Shown: positions 24,928 through 36,683, counted from the first letter of the stretch. The stretch: DNA of 43,591 nucleotides from an uncultured Candidatus Peribacteria bacterium (GCA_964448615.1 CAYUWH010000002.1:4841-48431); one strand, 5' to 3'. Notes: generated by a model from the sequence alone, not told the origin. Made by a program: numbers and translations.

Positions 24928-25602
24928 ATGACTATGCGCCCCCTCGCCACTATCTGGGATATGGACGGTACGTTGCTCGATACGGAAGAACTCACGCTGC
25001 GGTGTTGGGAGCAGGCATGTGCCAAGCATGGGTATTACAAAGTGAGGACAGTGTTGCTGAAGCTCATTGGACGAACCGCACGTGATGCTGATGAAGTGTT
25101 ACGACAGGAACTGGGAAATGATTTTCCTGTGGAGCTTGTACGTGCATCGAAAAACCAGATGGCACAGGCACATTTCCATGAACACGGAGTACCGGTGAAA
25201 GCAGGTGTTCTCTCAGTGCTCTCGTGGCTACAGGAGCGCAGGGTTCCCTGTGCCGTGGCAAGCTCCACCCAGCGCGAAAAAGTGTTGGCCCACCTCAGCC
25301 GTGCCGAGCTCATGGAGTATTTCCAGTGCATCACGGGAGGGGATGAAGTCACGCGCAGCAAGCCAGATCCTGAAATCTTCCTTGCTACTGCAGACAGGCT
25401 TAATGTGAATCCTCAAGATTGTGTGGTGTTTGAGGATTCCTTCAATGGTGTCACTGCCGCGCATGCTGCGGGAATGCATGTGGTCATGGTGCCTGATCTC
25501 ATTCAGCCTACATCCGAAATTCTCCAACTTACGCATCACACATTACGATCCTTGGAAGACGCGATGCCCTTGTTGCATCAGCTCTTGCGCCAAGAGGGAT
25601 AA
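24928..25602 (+). CDS. HAD-family phosphatase (beta-PGM/CbbY-like)
   Basis: DMDGTLLDTE, VASS, KPDPEIF, FEDS.NG. Confidence 0.93.
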   Translation: MTMRPLATIWDMDGTLLDTEELTLRCWEQACAKHGYYKVRTVLLKLIGRTARDADEVLRQELGNDFPVELVRASKNQMAQAHFHEHGVPVKAGVLSVLSWLQERRVPCAVASSTQREKVLAHLSRAELMEYFQCITGGDEVTRSKPDPEIFLATADRLNVNPQDCVVFEDSFNGVTAAHAAGMHVVMVPDLIQPTSEILQLTHHTLRSLEDAMPLLHQLLRQEG

Positions 25603-25618
25603 ATGGACGCTGATTTCC

Positions 25619-25794
25619 TTATAGTCCTTCCTCCTTATCCTCAGCACCATCCGTACCGCGGCAGGACAATGATGATGAACGTCATGCCGGTCCAGATCAT
25701 CCACGAATGCTGCTCAGAGAAGCGGTTATCGACGCCGTCGTTTTCATCATCTTCGCGCGCATCACCGGCCTTATCGCCGTCGTGGTGCCAGAAT
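25619..25794 (-). pseudogene. Decayed 3' fragment of a TSP3-repeat gene homologous to 31022-32821
   Basis: Translates as [40 protein letters not shown] and then frameshifts (7-nt and 1-nt deletions); the intact gene reads [39 protein letters not shown]. Confidence 0.85.
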
Positions 25795-26334
25795 GAACAG
25801 AGTCATGATTGAATTGATAATGATCATTGCTATGGAATGCAAAGTGGTGGCGATGTTGTATGCATCCAATGAAAAAAGCGTCAGAACATGACGGAGCACG
25901 TTCATGGCATACAAGATGGGTATTTCGGTTTTGGGGAGCTTCCATGTTTTACGTAGCGTCGGAAGAAATGCGATGACATCGATGCTGACAACGGTGATAA
26001 CCGAAATAGTGGGATCATTCGTCATGGCCCACGGAATGAGTCCGAGAAGCGCGATGATGAGAAAGTAGGTGTCTCGTTTTTGGATATTCCGGAAGCCGTA
26101 TCGCAAAGAAAAAATGAAGATGATGATCGTCAGCATTTCGGCGACTCCGGTCGGAATAGACCCCATGCCTCCGCCTTTTGCGACTTGCCCGAAAAACGTC
26201 ACCCCTGAAACGATGGACCACACGAGCCATGTGTACGGATGAGGTTGGATTCTATTCTTGATGACATCTCGCAAATACGGGGCATTGCCCACCAGCGCCA
26301 ACACAACCGCGGCTGCAACAAAAACTTCCTGCAT
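25771..26334 (-). CDS. Hypothetical multi-pass membrane protein
   Basis: About 6 hydrophobic helices, PY..D.....QPH.YTW.VW and FLPT.RK.W..P.TE; TACTAT 6 nt before ATG. Confidence 0.85.
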   Translation of the reverse strand: MQEVFVAAAVVLALVGNAPYLRDVIKNRIQPHPYTWLVWSIVSGVTFFGQVAKGGGMGSIPTGVAEMLTIIIFIFSLRYGFRNIQKRDTYFLIIALLGLIPWAMTNDPTISVITVVSIDVIAFLPTLRKTWKLPKTEIPILYAMNVLRHVLTLFSLDAYNIATTLHSIAMIIINSIMTLFILAPRRR

Positions 26335-26375
26335 GCTGCCATAGTACTCTTCTCAAAGATCGCTATCATGCAGGC

Positions 26376-26519
26376 ATGAAACTAGGACAAAACACGGCGG
26401 TCTTCGTCTTGTTTTTCGGTGTTGCCGTTATCGAGGCTCTTCAGACGCAGGATTGGCTTATGGTTTTGATGTGGGCCGCCATCGGCTTGGTCTTCTTGTG
26501 GGGCGACAGGAAGAGATAA
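26376..26519 (+). CDS. Small 47-aa 2-TM membrane protein (below ORF-track cutoff)
   Basis: MKLGQNTAVFVLFFGVAVIEALQTQDWLMVLMWAAIGLVFLWGDRKR*; TATCAT 6 nt before ATG. Confidence 0.7.
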   Translation: MKLGQNTAVFVLFFGVAVIEALQTQDWLMVLMWAAIGLVFLWGDRKR

Positions 26520-26655
26520 AACTAGATGGTTACGACAGTTGCGATATTTTTCAGGACTTTGTACCACTCCACTAAAATCTCGATGACAGAGTTTGCGTCG
26601 AGAGCCTTCTGGTTTACCAACATTCACCTCAGACGATTCAATCTCGTTGTATTGC

Positions 26656-28926
26656 CTATAGCCGCACCCTTCTCAGGCGCAAGGCATTGCCGATAACAGA
26701 TACCGAACTAAAGCTCATGGCAGCAGCGGCAATCATTGGATTGAGAAGTAGTCCCCACAACGGGAACAGCACTCCTGCGGCCACGGGGACGCCAACTGCG
26801 TTGTAGATAAACGCAAAGAAAAGATTCTGGCGAATGTTGCGCATTGTTTTTTGGCTCAATGTTCTCGCGCGCACGATCCCGCGCAAATCACCTTTGAGAA
26901 GAGTGATACCCGCGCTTTGCATGGCGATATCCGTCCCTGTGCCCATAGCGATGCCAATATGCGCTTGCGCCAGTGCGGGTGCATCGTTGATGCCATCACC
27001 GGCCATGGCCACGGTGTAGCCTTCGCTCTGCAAGCGTCGCACCACTTCATGCTTGCGCTCTGGCAACACGCCCGCTTCCACCTGTTCCAATCCAAGCTTT
27101 CGCGCAACGGCCATTGCCGTCGTACGGTTGTCACCCGTGAGCATGACTACTTGTACGCCTGCCTCTTGCAAGGAACGGATGGCCTCAATGGATGATTCTT
27201 TAATAGGGTCTGCCACGCCGATCAGCCCCATCATCTTCGTATCAACTGCAAGAAACATGACAGTCTGTCCTTCCTTGCGCAGCTTTTCCGCTTCATCGGA
27301 AGCCACGTTGCTGTCCACGCCTGACTCATCGAGCAGCTGCTGATTCCCGAACAGAACAGCATGTCCGCTGACTGTCCCCTGTATGCCTTTGCCTGTTACC
27401 GAACGGAAGTCCGATGCTTTTTCCGGTGAAATGCCGCGCTCACGCGCCCCCGCAATAATCGCCGTCGCAAGAGGATGTTCACTGCCCTGTTCAATGCTGG
27501 CGGCCATCCGCAGCACATCGTCCTCGCTGCTTCCGTTGAATGTTCGCAGTGAAGCCAAGCGTGGCTTTCCTTCAGTGAGTGTTCCCGTTTTATCCACCAC
27601 TAACATGTTCACGTTCTCCATGATCTCCAATGATTCTGCATCCTTGATCAGAACACCCGCTCCTGCGCCTTTGCCTACGCCGACTGTGATGGACATAGGT
27701 GTGGCAAGTCCAAGCGCGCACGGACATGCGATAATCAGGACGGATACGGCATTGACGATGGCATAGGCCAAACTAGGTTCCGGACCAACTATGTACCACG
27801 CGATGAATGTCAGGATGGCGATCACCACAACGACGGGCACAAAATAACCCGAAACACTATCAGCCAACCGCTGAATAGGTGCGCGAGTACGCTGCGCGGC
27901 GCTTACCATTTCTACGATATGCGAAAGCAACGTGTCACTGCCGACTTTTTCGGCGCGCAGAATAAAACTGCCCGTTCCATTGAGCGTGCCGCCAATGACG
28001 TTGTCTCCCACAATCTTCTCCGATGGAATGGATTCGCCGGTCACCATGGATTCATCAATGGCGCTGCTACCTTCAAGGATGACGCCATCCACAGGAATCT
28101 TTTCACCCGGACGCACGCGAAGCCTGTCGCCCTTTTGCACCTGTTCCAAAGGCACATCTTCTTCCGTACCGTCTTCTCGTACGATTCGCGCCGTCTTTGG
28201 TGCGAGACCAAGCAGCGATTTGATCGCATTACCCGTTTGATTGCGCGCCCGCAGTTCTAATACTTGCCCTAGCAAGACAAGCACGGTAATCGTCGCCGCT
28301 ACCTCGAAATATCGTCCTACGTGTCCATGAGCATTCTTGAAAGAATCAGGAAACGCATCAGGGAAGAGAATGGCAACGATGCTATAGATATAGGCAACCG
28401 CCACCCCGAGTGCGATCAGGGTAAACATGTTGAGAGAACGATTGTTGAGCGACTCCCATCCACGTACGAGCAGTGGCCATCCGCACCAAAGCACCACAGG
28501 TGTTGCCAGCAGCAATTCCAGCCATGGCATCAAGGACATGCCGATCATCTGCGCAAAGAAACCTTCAAGCATCGCTATAGCCAGCAAAGGCAGTCCCAAA
28601 ACTGTTCCAACCCAAAAACGCAGAGTCATATCTTTCAATTCGGGATTCTCTTCTTCATCGAGAGAAGGGCTCATGGGTTCCAGAGCCATGCCGCAAATCG
28701 GGCATGATCCGGGTTGATCCCGAATAATCTGCGGGTGCATCGGACAGGTGTAGCGCGTGGGAGCCGCGGCAGGACTTTTCTGTATGCGCTCCAAGGACAT
28801 TCCGCATTTTGGGCAGTTTCCGGGTTTACTCTGCCTGATTTCGGGGTGCATCGGACACGTATATTCCGCAGTGTCATTCAATGCATGATCTTGCGGATGA
28901 GCCGAGTGATTGCAGCATTCTTTCAT
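26656..28926 (-). CDS. copA: Copper-translocating P1B-type ATPase
   Basis: Two YTCPMHP...CP.CGM domains, [32 protein letters not shown]. Confidence 0.96.
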   Translation of the reverse strand: MKECCNHSAHPQDHALNDTAEYTCPMHPEIRQSKPGNCPKCGMSLERIQKSPAAAPTRYTCPMHPQIIRDQPGSCPICGMALEPMSPSLDEEENPELKDMTLRFWVGTVLGLPLLAIAMLEGFFAQMIGMSLMPWLELLLATPVVLWCGWPLLVRGWESLNNRSLNMFTLIALGVAVAYIYSIVAILFPDAFPDSFKNAHGHVGRYFEVAATITVLVLLGQVLELRARNQTGNAIKSLLGLAPKTARIVREDGTEEDVPLEQVQKGDRLRVRPGEKIPVDGVILEGSSAIDESMVTGESIPSEKIVGDNVIGGTLNGTGSFILRAEKVGSDTLLSHIVEMVSAAQRTRAPIQRLADSVSGYFVPVVVVIAILTFIAWYIVGPEPSLAYAIVNAVSVLIIACPCALGLATPMSITVGVGKGAGAGVLIKDAESLEIMENVNMLVVDKTGTLTEGKPRLASLRTFNGSSEDDVLRMAASIEQGSEHPLATAIIAGARERGISPEKASDFRSVTGKGIQGTVSGHAVLFGNQQLLDESGVDSNVASDEAEKLRKEGQTVMFLAVDTKMMGLIGVADPIKESSIEAIRSLQEAGVQVVMLTGDNRTTAMAVARKLGLEQVEAGVLPERKHEVVRRLQSEGYTVAMAGDGINDAPALAQAHIGIAMGTGTDIAMQSAGITLLKGDLRGIVRARTLSQKTMRNIRQNLFFAFIYNAVGVPVAAGVLFPLWGLLLNPMIAAAAMSFSSVSVIGNALRLRRVRL

Positions 28927-28931
28927 GGAGA

Positions 28932-30611
28932 TTATTGAACGGTAAACATGCCCATCATCCCGTTTGAGAGATGTTCGGCAATGTGGCAATGAAACATCCA
29001 ATCTCCGACATTACTCATTTCAATAAGGATTTCGGCCGTAGAGCCAGAAGGGACCAGTACCGTATCTTTCCAGACAAGGTTGTCCGTTTTCTTTCCATCC
29101 ATCGAGAGGACAAGGAACCGTTGCCCGTGAAAATGAATAGGGTGTTGCATCGGGTGGGCCGAGCGTTCGTCGTTATTGATGCGAACCTTTACGAGATCGC
29201 CCTTCTTGAACATCCAGTGGATATCCATGTTCTTGTCGCCCGTTGCCTCGTCCACAAGCGCCCAATCCATTGCCTCGTTGCTCATCATGGCATTCATCTG
29301 CGGCATCGTGTCCTCCCATTCAATGCCATCATCGGAATGCATCATGCCGCCGTGATTCATCATGCCCATGCCACCATGCATATCTATGGTGAGCCGCAAT
29401 TTCTTGTCCACGGGTTTATCAAAATACGAACGAACAGTATCAATGTCTGCAATGACATCTGCGTTCTCCTGCAATGTTCCAAAAGAGGCGGCATACGATG
29501 GCTGTGCGGGGGTATCCGTTACACGAATCGTTGCAAGGGCGATGTTTCTTCCGCCAGCAATGTGGCGCAATTCATACTGACCGCTTTGCGCGAATTGTAC
29601 TTCGATGATTGCTCGTTCTGCTGGCGCGAGAATCACGGCATCTGCCCATTCTTCTTTCTCATAGCGACCAACGTCGGAGCCGATCAATTTTATGTTGGCA
29701 TTTGGAATTTGTAAGCGGAAGGTTCGCGTATTCGCCACATTCGTGATGAAGAAGCGGACAACAGATCCCTTTGCAAACTCCATGGAGTAATCCGTTTTTC
29801 CGTTGGTAAGCATGACATTCCCAAAGCGACCCATGAGCGAAAAATTCACGTTTTTCTTGCCGTACGCTACTGGCTTTCCGTCCTGACCGAGTAAGAGGTC
29901 ATCCACCACAAGAACCTGCTCGGCATTGACTGGCTGATAGATGCCGGTCGTCGGTTCTACAAGCAAATTGCCGTATAGCCCCATGTCCTGCTGAATATCC
30001 TCGCGTACATGCGGGTGATACCAGTAGATTCCATCGTCGGGCATTGTCACGGTGTACGTGAACGAGCCATTGGGAAGAATCGCATCCTGCGTGACGTCTG
30101 GTATGCCATCCGAGCCATTATCCAAGCGCAGGCCATGCCAGTGTATCGTCGTTTCCATGTCTATTTTATTCTGTACGCGTACGGAAATCGTTGCCCCTTT
30201 TGGCGCTTTGATAAGCGGTCCGGGAATCTGTCCGTTGTATCCGTACATCGCAAATTGCTTGCCATTGATCGTTTTGCGTACGAGAGTGGGATTCAATTCG
30301 ATGGTATCACCATCTTTGACCTGAATGGTTTCGGTTGCTTTTGCTTCCGGCAGACTATCAATGTCCGTTCCCAATCCAGGCAAAAAGCCCGATGTATTTG
30401 ATGCGGCGCGAGAGGTATTTGTTTGCTGGCCGTTCATCATGTGCTGCATCATCTGCATGTGTTCTTGAGGAGTCTGCTTACGGAGTTCCTCAACGGTTAT
30501 GCCCATCATTTCAGCCATGCTAATCTCTCCTTGGGTGGCATCGGACGGTGTCCCTTGCGTGGAGCAGGCTGCAAGTGTGAGGCAAAGAAATGCGAGAATT
30601 GTGCGCTTCAT
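28932..30611 (-). CDS. Multicopper oxidase lipoprotein
   Basis: LAAC lipobox; HWHG, WYHPH, HPIHFHG, HCHIAEH....M; Met-rich segments. Confidence 0.95.
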   Translation of the reverse strand: MKRTILAFLCLTLAACSTQGTPSDATQGEISMAEMMGITVEELRKQTPQEHMQMMQHMMNGQQTNTSRAASNTSGFLPGLGTDIDSLPEAKATETIQVKDGDTIELNPTLVRKTINGKQFAMYGYNGQIPGPLIKAPKGATISVRVQNKIDMETTIHWHGLRLDNGSDGIPDVTQDAILPNGSFTYTVTMPDDGIYWYHPHVREDIQQDMGLYGNLLVEPTTGIYQPVNAEQVLVVDDLLLGQDGKPVAYGKKNVNFSLMGRFGNVMLTNGKTDYSMEFAKGSVVRFFITNVANTRTFRLQIPNANIKLIGSDVGRYEKEEWADAVILAPAERAIIEVQFAQSGQYELRHIAGGRNIALATIRVTDTPAQPSYAASFGTLQENADVIADIDTVRSYFDKPVDKKLRLTIDMHGGMGMMNHGGMMHSDDGIEWEDTMPQMNAMMSNEAMDWALVDEATGDKNMDIHWMFKKGDLVKVRINNDERSAHPMQHPIHFHGQRFLVLSMDGKKTDNLVWKDTVLVPSGSTAEILIEMSNVGDWMFHCHIAEHLSNGMMGMFTVQ

Positions 30612-30625
30612 AGTGTGGGTGGTAA

Positions 30626-30898
30626 TTAACGAGTAGAGAGGCCGATTACTTTGATAAGTTCCTGAATGAAATCTTCTTTTCCTGTGCCGCTTGCCAACTT
30701 TTTAGGCGCGCATGTATTCAGATGGCTTTCCAGTACCTGTGCTTGGACATGATCGAGATGGCCTTTCATGGCCAGCACATTGCGCAGGATTTCCGGGCAA
30801 TACGCATCGCCTTCGTGCAGCATCTGCTCGACCTTTTTGCTTAAACCATTGAGGCGCTTGAGAGCAGCTAACGCTTTTTCGGATTGTTTCGGCAACAT
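30626..30898 (-). CDS. csoR: CsoR/RcnR-family metal-sensing repressor
   Basis: LKRLNG, YC..IL, LESHLNTC (Cys/His/Cys ligands); first gene of the copper operon. Confidence 0.85.
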   Translation of the reverse strand: MLPKQSEKALAALKRLNGLSKKVEQMLHEGDAYCPEILRNVLAMKGHLDHVQAQVLESHLNTCAPKKLASGTGKEDFIQELIKVIGLSTR

Positions 30899-30903
30899 AG
30901 ATA

Positions 30904-30952
30904 TAGTGGTAGTGGGTAGTGGTACTTTATTCCTTCGTCATGAAACAGTCAA
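30904..30952 (-). promoter_or_regulatory. Promoter TTGACT-N17-TAAAGT of the copper operon, followed by CCACTA direct repeats
   Basis: agtcaa 30947-30952, acttta 30924-30929; TAGTGG three times at 30904-30922. Confidence 0.65.
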
Positions 30953-31021
30953 CAACTGCATAACGTCCTCTCCGTTCCAAGGAGAAATGGCGGCATGAGT
31001 GATGCGCATGCACTACGGGCG

Positions 31022-32821
31022 TTACAGCCCTTCCTTCTTTATTTTCAGCACCATTCGTACCACGAAGGAAAGCAGGACGATCATGATGAAGGTCATGCCG
31101 GTCCAGATGATCCAGGGATGCTGTTCGGAGAAGCGATCATCGGTGGTATCACAGATATCACCCAGTTTGTCGGCATCCAAGTCACCCTGGTTATAGTTTT
31201 GCGCATAACGGCAGTTATCGTTGGCATTCAGAATGCCGTCGCCGTCGTCATCTTCGCAGGCATCACCAAGGCCGTTGTTATTGTGATCAACTTGATCGGG
31301 GTTAAAGACAGTCGGGCAGTTATCGAGCGGAGGGAGTAAGGCATCGCCATCGAGATCCGTACACGCATCGCCCTGTCCGTTCTTGTCGCCATCCTCTTGA
31401 TCACGATTCTGAATCGTTGGGCAGTTGTCGCACGTATCACCGAGACCGTCGCGGTCGCGGTCGACCTGATCCGCATTCGGAGTAGCTGGACAATTATCGC
31501 GCGCGGTAGGCGTGCCGTCTCCATCCGGATCAAGCACAGCTCCCTCGCAGGCATCACCAAGATTGTTGCCGTTGCGGTCTTCCTGTCCCGGGTTTTTGGT
31601 ATCCGGACATGAGTCGCAACTGTCACCGATGTTGTCCTGATCGCGGTCCTCCTGTTTCGCATTCGCCGTGCTGCGGCAGTTATCGACCGTATCGGGAAGA
31701 CCGTCGCTATCGCGATCGAGTTGGCACGCGTCGCCCACCCCGTCACCATCGCTGTCTTTCTGATCCGCATTGCGGATGCCGATGCAGATATCATTTCCGT
31801 TCATCACGCCATCTCCGTCAGCATCGTCGCAGGGATTTCCGATTCCGTTGATATCGTCATCCTTCTGATCCGGATTGAAGACGTTCTGACAGTTGTCATC
31901 GCTATCGCCAACGCCATCATGATCCTGATCGTGTTGCGGCAGATTCGGGACGGCGGGCGCGTTGTCGCAGGCATCACCAAGACCATCACGATCCTTATCG
32001 CTTTGATTCGCGTTCGCGACCGAGGGGCAGTTATCGCGTGCGGCGACTATTCCATCTTTATCCGCGTCTTCTTCCAGTACGCGTTCTCCGCCCACTACCG
32101 CATACGCCGTTGTATTCGTGGCGGAGAGGGAAGCGGGAGCAGGGGGAAGCGCGGGAGGATTCGAGTCATCATAGACCAATCGGTAGGCCGTGCCCGGAGA
32201 CGCTTCAAACAATATGCGCGCAGGCTGCATGCCGCCGACGGTGACTTCGCGCAGAGTCGGGACCGTTTCATACGTGAATTGCACGCGGATGCCATCGGTC
32301 ATGACGGACGAAAAATCGGCCGACTGACTTCCCTTCACTTCCCGCAGCTTCACATAGCCGTTGGTGCTGCGCGCGGAAATGATCAGCGAAGAGAATGTTT
32401 GATCTGCAACGACATCGATCGCATCAACGCGCACAGGCACAAGAAAGCCGATCGTGATGGTGCAGGAAGAAGGATTGCGGATCGGATCCGGGCGTAATGA
32501 TGTCGCCGTGCTGCCATCATGCAGGGCTTGGGTTTGTCCGTTTCCTTCCACTGAACATACTGAAACATCTCCGATGATGCCTCGTAATTCTCCCGCTCTT
32601 TCCGGTGCGCTCTTCTGTGCGATCACCGTGCTTCCTTGCATGACACGAAGCGAAGCCAGTGGCGATACCTGCAGTACCGATTCCGGAACGGCGATGAAGA
32701 CCGGTTGTGACGATCCGATGCCGCGCGTATCAATCGGGCGTTCATACGCAGGAGCCGCGAGCGCGGCTACCGTCCAGAGCGAACCGGTGAGAATGGCGAG
32801 AGAAGAAAGGCGGAGGCGCAT
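31022..32821 (-). CDS. Surface protein with about 10 thrombospondin type-3 repeats and C-terminal TM anchor
   Basis: Signal peptide, repeated DNCP..N..Q.D.D.DG.GDACD, C-terminal TM plus basic tail; DUF3999-like LF.A.PG..Y.L.Y. Confidence 0.9.
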   Translation of the reverse strand: MRLRLSSLAILTGSLWTVAALAAPAYERPIDTRGIGSSQPVFIAVPESVLQVSPLASLRVMQGSTVIAQKSAPERAGELRGIIGDVSVCSVEGNGQTQALHDGSTATSLRPDPIRNPSSCTITIGFLVPVRVDAIDVVADQTFSSLIISARSTNGYVKLREVKGSQSADFSSVMTDGIRVQFTYETVPTLREVTVGGMQPARILFEASPGTAYRLVYDDSNPPALPPAPASLSATNTTAYAVVGGERVLEEDADKDGIVAARDNCPSVANANQSDKDRDGLGDACDNAPAVPNLPQHDQDHDGVGDSDDNCQNVFNPDQKDDDINGIGNPCDDADGDGVMNGNDICIGIRNADQKDSDGDGVGDACQLDRDSDGLPDTVDNCRSTANAKQEDRDQDNIGDSCDSCPDTKNPGQEDRNGNNLGDACEGAVLDPDGDGTPTARDNCPATPNADQVDRDRDGLGDTCDNCPTIQNRDQEDGDKNGQGDACTDLDGDALLPPLDNCPTVFNPDQVDHNNNGLGDACEDDDGDGILNANDNCRYAQNYNQGDLDADKLGDICDTTDDRFSEQHPWIIWTGMTFIMIVLLSFVVRMVLKIKKEGL

Positions 32822-32823
32822 GA

Positions 32824-34851
32824 TTAAGGGTGGGAGCCGAACAAAGATTTCAGCGTTTCTTTTTTGTGCTGATACAGGAAGGATGCTGCGACAAGCACAG
32901 CTCCGAGGATAGTAAAGCCGATGACGCGGTAGCCTGTTCCAAGGCTGAAGAAATCAATGAGGGTAAGCTTTGCCGTGGCGATGATGAGGATGATGAGGCC
33001 GAAGACGCGCAACGGTTTCCAATTCCGCATCGCACCGAATACGAGCACTGCGGCGGCGTACAATGCCCACAGGATCGAGATGCCGACTTGCAGCACCTGT
33101 CTCGGTCTCTCGAAATTGGCGAAGAGGCGTCCGTCATCCACGGCGCGCGTGAATTCATTGGTGAGGTAGACGAGCGTCACAATCTGCACGGCGACGCCGA
33201 GAATCGAAAACATCTTCCTTTCTTCTTCCGTCAGCGTGGTCCAGCGCTTTCCCGCCTGCAATAAAATGAAGTAGCTGCCGCCGATCAGGGCCGCCGCCTC
33301 GATGAAGCGCTGGAATCCCGTCAGCGTCGATTGGTGCCCCATGATATTCATCCCGAAGGAACCCGCAAGCACGGCAAGTCCCACAAAGGCGAAGAGCAAG
33401 GTTTGCTGCTCTTTCCGGTCGCTACGCAGCAGGCCAAGCGTTGCAATAACCGCGAACATCACGGTCCAAACCAGGAAGAGATAGAAACCCTTGGTGAAAT
33501 ACAGAAGCGGAATGCTGGCGCCCATACCCAAGTTCGCCGATGATGTATCTGCGGGGATAAACAGATACCAGAAATACGCTGCGAGCATCACAAGCCACGC
33601 GAAACGCTGGATGCGAGGATCATGCAATTTCAGGGCGATCCACAAAAGGAACACGCCTTCCATGCTCCAGGCCAGTGGCACCCACACGTTCCCGAGCTGT
33701 AACGGAATCGCCAATGATGTGAAGAGGACGACCAGCGAAAGACTGCCGAGCACCAGCGGCGTATCCGTTTTATTTCTCTTGTACACTTCGCCGCTGAAGA
33801 TCAGGAAGATCACCGCGAGGCCAAGCGAAACCATGGCATCGTAGCTCTCGCGCAAGCCGGGAAATTTGCCAAGCCACCAGAGCACCAGGACAAAGTGCAG
33901 CAGCGCATTGCCGATCAGGATCATCAAATCGGGACCTTCGGACTTCTGCTGCTTCAGCAAATTGTAATAGAGAGGAACGAGCAGGTAGATCACGAAGAAT
34001 GCCGCGATGAAGACGAGGGCCGTCGACATCCCAAAAGCGGGATCGTCGAGTGCGAGAATTTCGTACACGGCGGTTCCCATGAGGCCGAGCGCATTGAGCA
34101 TCCTCCATTGTCGTGCCCGTCCGAGCGCGAAAATGCCGCAATCGAGAATGAGGATATACAGCAGAAGCGAGAACGTGCTCCCTTCATCGCCCGTCAGTAT
34201 TGGGGTTAAGAAGCCGCCGATGATGCCGAAGGCCGCGAGTGGCAGTGCACCGTAATATCCCGCAAGCAGACAGGTGACAGCAGTCGTGAGAATATAGATC
34301 GCAAAGGCGACCGGAGAGGGGAAGAGGTGATACGTATGCAGGGCGATCCATGTCACGATGTATGAGGCAAGCGCGCCGCCGCCCGTAAACGTGAGAGACC
34401 AGATGCCATAACGCTTTCGCAGTCTGTCTCCCGCAATGATTGCGCATCCCGCGAGGATATAGCCGATGAGCGTTCTGCCGGTAGGCCCGATCAAGCCGTT
34501 ATCGAATGACCATTTCAGGAAGAAAATCAGCGCGGCGACAAGCACTGCCGTGCCGATCCATTGCAGCCAATGTGCGCCGACTTTTTCCTCAAGCGATTGG
34601 AAGTCGGTTTTTGCAGGAGCAGATTTTTGTACTGCTTGCGGCTGTTTGGCTTCAGCGCGTGCGGGTTTCTCCTCTTCTTCTGGTTGGGGTCTTGCGGCGC
34701 GCTTTTGTGGAGTGGGTGCCGACTGCGCGTTGCGTTCCAGTTTTTTGACGCGGTCCATCAAGCGGAAGAGCAAGATCGGCGTGACGATAAAATAAAAAAG
34801 ACCAAGCAATAGGGAGATTGGTCCCAAGTCACCCAGGATGGAAAACCACAT
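32824..34851 (-). CDS. DUF2339-family membrane protein
   Basis: LE.K.G..W..WIG, F..WSFDNG.IGP.GR, G..GGFLTP.L, K....D...L...YR...F..LG; start set at MWFSIL. Confidence 0.88.
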   Translation of the reverse strand: MWFSILGDLGPISLLLGLFYFIVTPILLFRLMDRVKKLERNAQSAPTPQKRAARPQPEEEEKPARAEAKQPQAVQKSAPAKTDFQSLEEKVGAHWLQWIGTAVLVAALIFFLKWSFDNGLIGPTGRTLIGYILAGCAIIAGDRLRKRYGIWSLTFTGGGALASYIVTWIALHTYHLFPSPVAFAIYILTTAVTCLLAGYYGALPLAAFGIIGGFLTPILTGDEGSTFSLLLYILILDCGIFALGRARQWRMLNALGLMGTAVYEILALDDPAFGMSTALVFIAAFFVIYLLVPLYYNLLKQQKSEGPDLMILIGNALLHFVLVLWWLGKFPGLRESYDAMVSLGLAVIFLIFSGEVYKRNKTDTPLVLGSLSLVVLFTSLAIPLQLGNVWVPLAWSMEGVFLLWIALKLHDPRIQRFAWLVMLAAYFWYLFIPADTSSANLGMGASIPLLYFTKGFYLFLVWTVMFAVIATLGLLRSDRKEQQTLLFAFVGLAVLAGSFGMNIMGHQSTLTGFQRFIEAAALIGGSYFILLQAGKRWTTLTEEERKMFSILGVAVQIVTLVYLTNEFTRAVDDGRLFANFERPRQVLQVGISILWALYAAAVLVFGAMRNWKPLRVFGLIILIIATAKLTLIDFFSLGTGYRVIGFTILGAVLVAASFLYQHKKETLKSLFGSHP

Positions 34852-35090
34852 ACGGAAAGAGAAGAAGAGGTAGTAAGCGCAGTATAGCAGGCTTGTCACA
34901 CATCGGGAGAGCGGACACATCTGTCGATTTATTTCCAGGATTTGGATTGCGGGCCGCGCTTCGGCATCGGCGAGTACGATACATTCGCGCCCGCCAGCTT
35001 GATGAAGTTTCCCTATCTTGATTTTCTTTTTGCATGCCGCCGACTCGAATCCGGATATCCCTGCTTGGAATTTATTCTATACTCTCCAGT

Positions 35091-36674
35091 ATGAGTCGGC
35101 TGCTTGTTATTGTCGCTGTCGCGATGTTCGCCAGTGGGGCGCATCCTGCGCTTGCCCAACAAACAGGATCCGGAGGAGCTGCCGACGAACCACAGACAAA
35201 ATCTTCGGAAGCATCGAGCGTCCAAGGGGAGTCATCCGGCGGTATTCCACTTGAAAAGGGAGCAGGAGATATCATCTCGAGTGCCGCGGCACGTGAAGAA
35301 GTGCATTCATCACAGCCGTCTTCGCGTGAATCCGTGCAACGTTCCTCTGCGCCATTGTCCTCATCGTTTGCACGTTCATCCATGGCACCTTCCTCTGCGC
35401 CCGTTCTTTCGTCGAGTGTCGGCACGATGCGCGTATCGTCATCTCCAGTCGTGCGAAGTTCTTCCGCCCGCACTTCTGCAACCGCGACCGGGACTGTGGT
35501 ACAGCAAGACATGATCTCTCCTCGCGCATGGTTAGGGTACAACACGCCGGTGATTGATCCATCCGGCATCCGCTTTCCGGCAACCATCTCGCGCTCGCCG
35601 CAGACAATCGGAACGAATCTGCTATTGGCGATTCTTATCGCATGTGCCGTGTGTTGTACCGGTATTGCCTTCAGGCATCTCAAGGTAGCGCATCCGAAGC
35701 GGCTGTCCGTGATTCTTTCCCGGTTGCCGTTGCAAGCGTTGCTGACCGTTCTGTTGATATGGCTCATTGATCTCCTGATTCCCCAAGCGTTTGCACAGGA
35801 AGGGGGAGTGCTCCATGTAGCATCCACTCTGATCATCCCGCTCTATGCCGTTGTCTTTTTCGTGGTCGTCGGCACGTCGAACTATCTCTTCAATAATATT
35901 CTAAATAGTGACGGACAAACTGCGCTTGCGCGTTTCACGGGGAATGCGCGTGTGTACGAACGGGCATGGTTCATGTTGCTGCTCCTTCTTGGGTACGGCA
36001 TCATCGGGGCGCACATCAATCCAGATTTCAATCTGCTGCCGGGGCGTGAGTTGGGGATTTTGCTGATTGCCGTTGTGTGTATCATTGTTTCGGCATGTAT
36101 CAAAGATACCGGTCTCTCGATTCTTGCGCGGACATGGAAGATGCCCGGGCGTTTTCGGGCGAATGTGGGAGGGTTTGCCGTGGCGGTTGTCTGCGTGCTG
36201 CTGAGTCGCGAACTCCAGCTGAATCCCGGTTATTTGTACGGCGTCCCGTTGGTGTTGCTCATCGCATCGTCGCTCTTGAAAGAGCGTGAGGGGTTCTTCG
36301 AATTCCTCGGCATTCTCTGGATTATGCTTCTTGCAGGTGTGGTATGGATAGTAACTCCTGCCCTGAGTGCGTATCCCGTTCTCTTCGATCTCTGCTGCGT
36401 GCTTTTTGTCCTTCTGGCGGAAGATGCCTTCTTCGAATTGCTGCCATTGCCGTACCTCGCGGGTGGCACGATTTTTCAGTGGAACAAAGCGCTGTGGTTC
36501 CTGCAGTTCGTTGCCGTGATGTTCTTCCTGTTGCATACGCTCTTCAATCCGCAGGGCACGATCGTCAATCTCGTTGAATCGCCGCCCGCCGCTGCGACGT
36601 TCTTATTGCTGGGATGTTATGCGATCGGCGTGTTCTTGTTATGGGCGTACTTAGTTTTGCGAAAAAAGCATTAG
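35091..36674 (+). CDS. Membrane protein with Ser-rich extracellular N-terminus (FGLLP-motif-like C-terminal domain)
   Basis: Signal peptide ALA-QQ, Ser-rich stalk, many TM, PGYLYG and FELLPL.YL.G; TATACT 7 nt before ATG. Confidence 0.8.
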   Translation: MSRLLVIVAVAMFASGAHPALAQQTGSGGAADEPQTKSSEASSVQGESSGGIPLEKGAGDIISSAAAREEVHSSQPSSRESVQRSSAPLSSSFARSSMAPSSAPVLSSSVGTMRVSSSPVVRSSSARTSATATGTVVQQDMISPRAWLGYNTPVIDPSGIRFPATISRSPQTIGTNLLLAILIACAVCCTGIAFRHLKVAHPKRLSVILSRLPLQALLTVLLIWLIDLLIPQAFAQEGGVLHVASTLIIPLYAVVFFVVVGTSNYLFNNILNSDGQTALARFTGNARVYERAWFMLLLLLGYGIIGAHINPDFNLLPGRELGILLIAVVCIIVSACIKDTGLSILARTWKMPGRFRANVGGFAVAVVCVLLSRELQLNPGYLYGVPLVLLIASSLLKEREGFFEFLGILWIMLLAGVVWIVTPALSAYPVLFDLCCVLFVLLAEDAFFELLPLPYLAGGTIFQWNKALWFLQFVAVMFFLLHTLFNPQGTIVNLVESPPAAATFLLLGCYAIGVFLLWAYLVLRKKH

Positions 36675-36683
36675 TTCTGATGA

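Noticed and set aside
26520-26655. Short minus-strand frame LVNQKALDANSVIEILVEWYKVLKNIATVVTI as a gene remnant
   Set aside because: No convincing start signal or recognisable family
24843-31020. tRNA-Glu as integration site of the copper island
   Set aside because: No duplicated tRNA 3' end or integrase was seen; the boundaries are better explained by the TSP3 gene duplication
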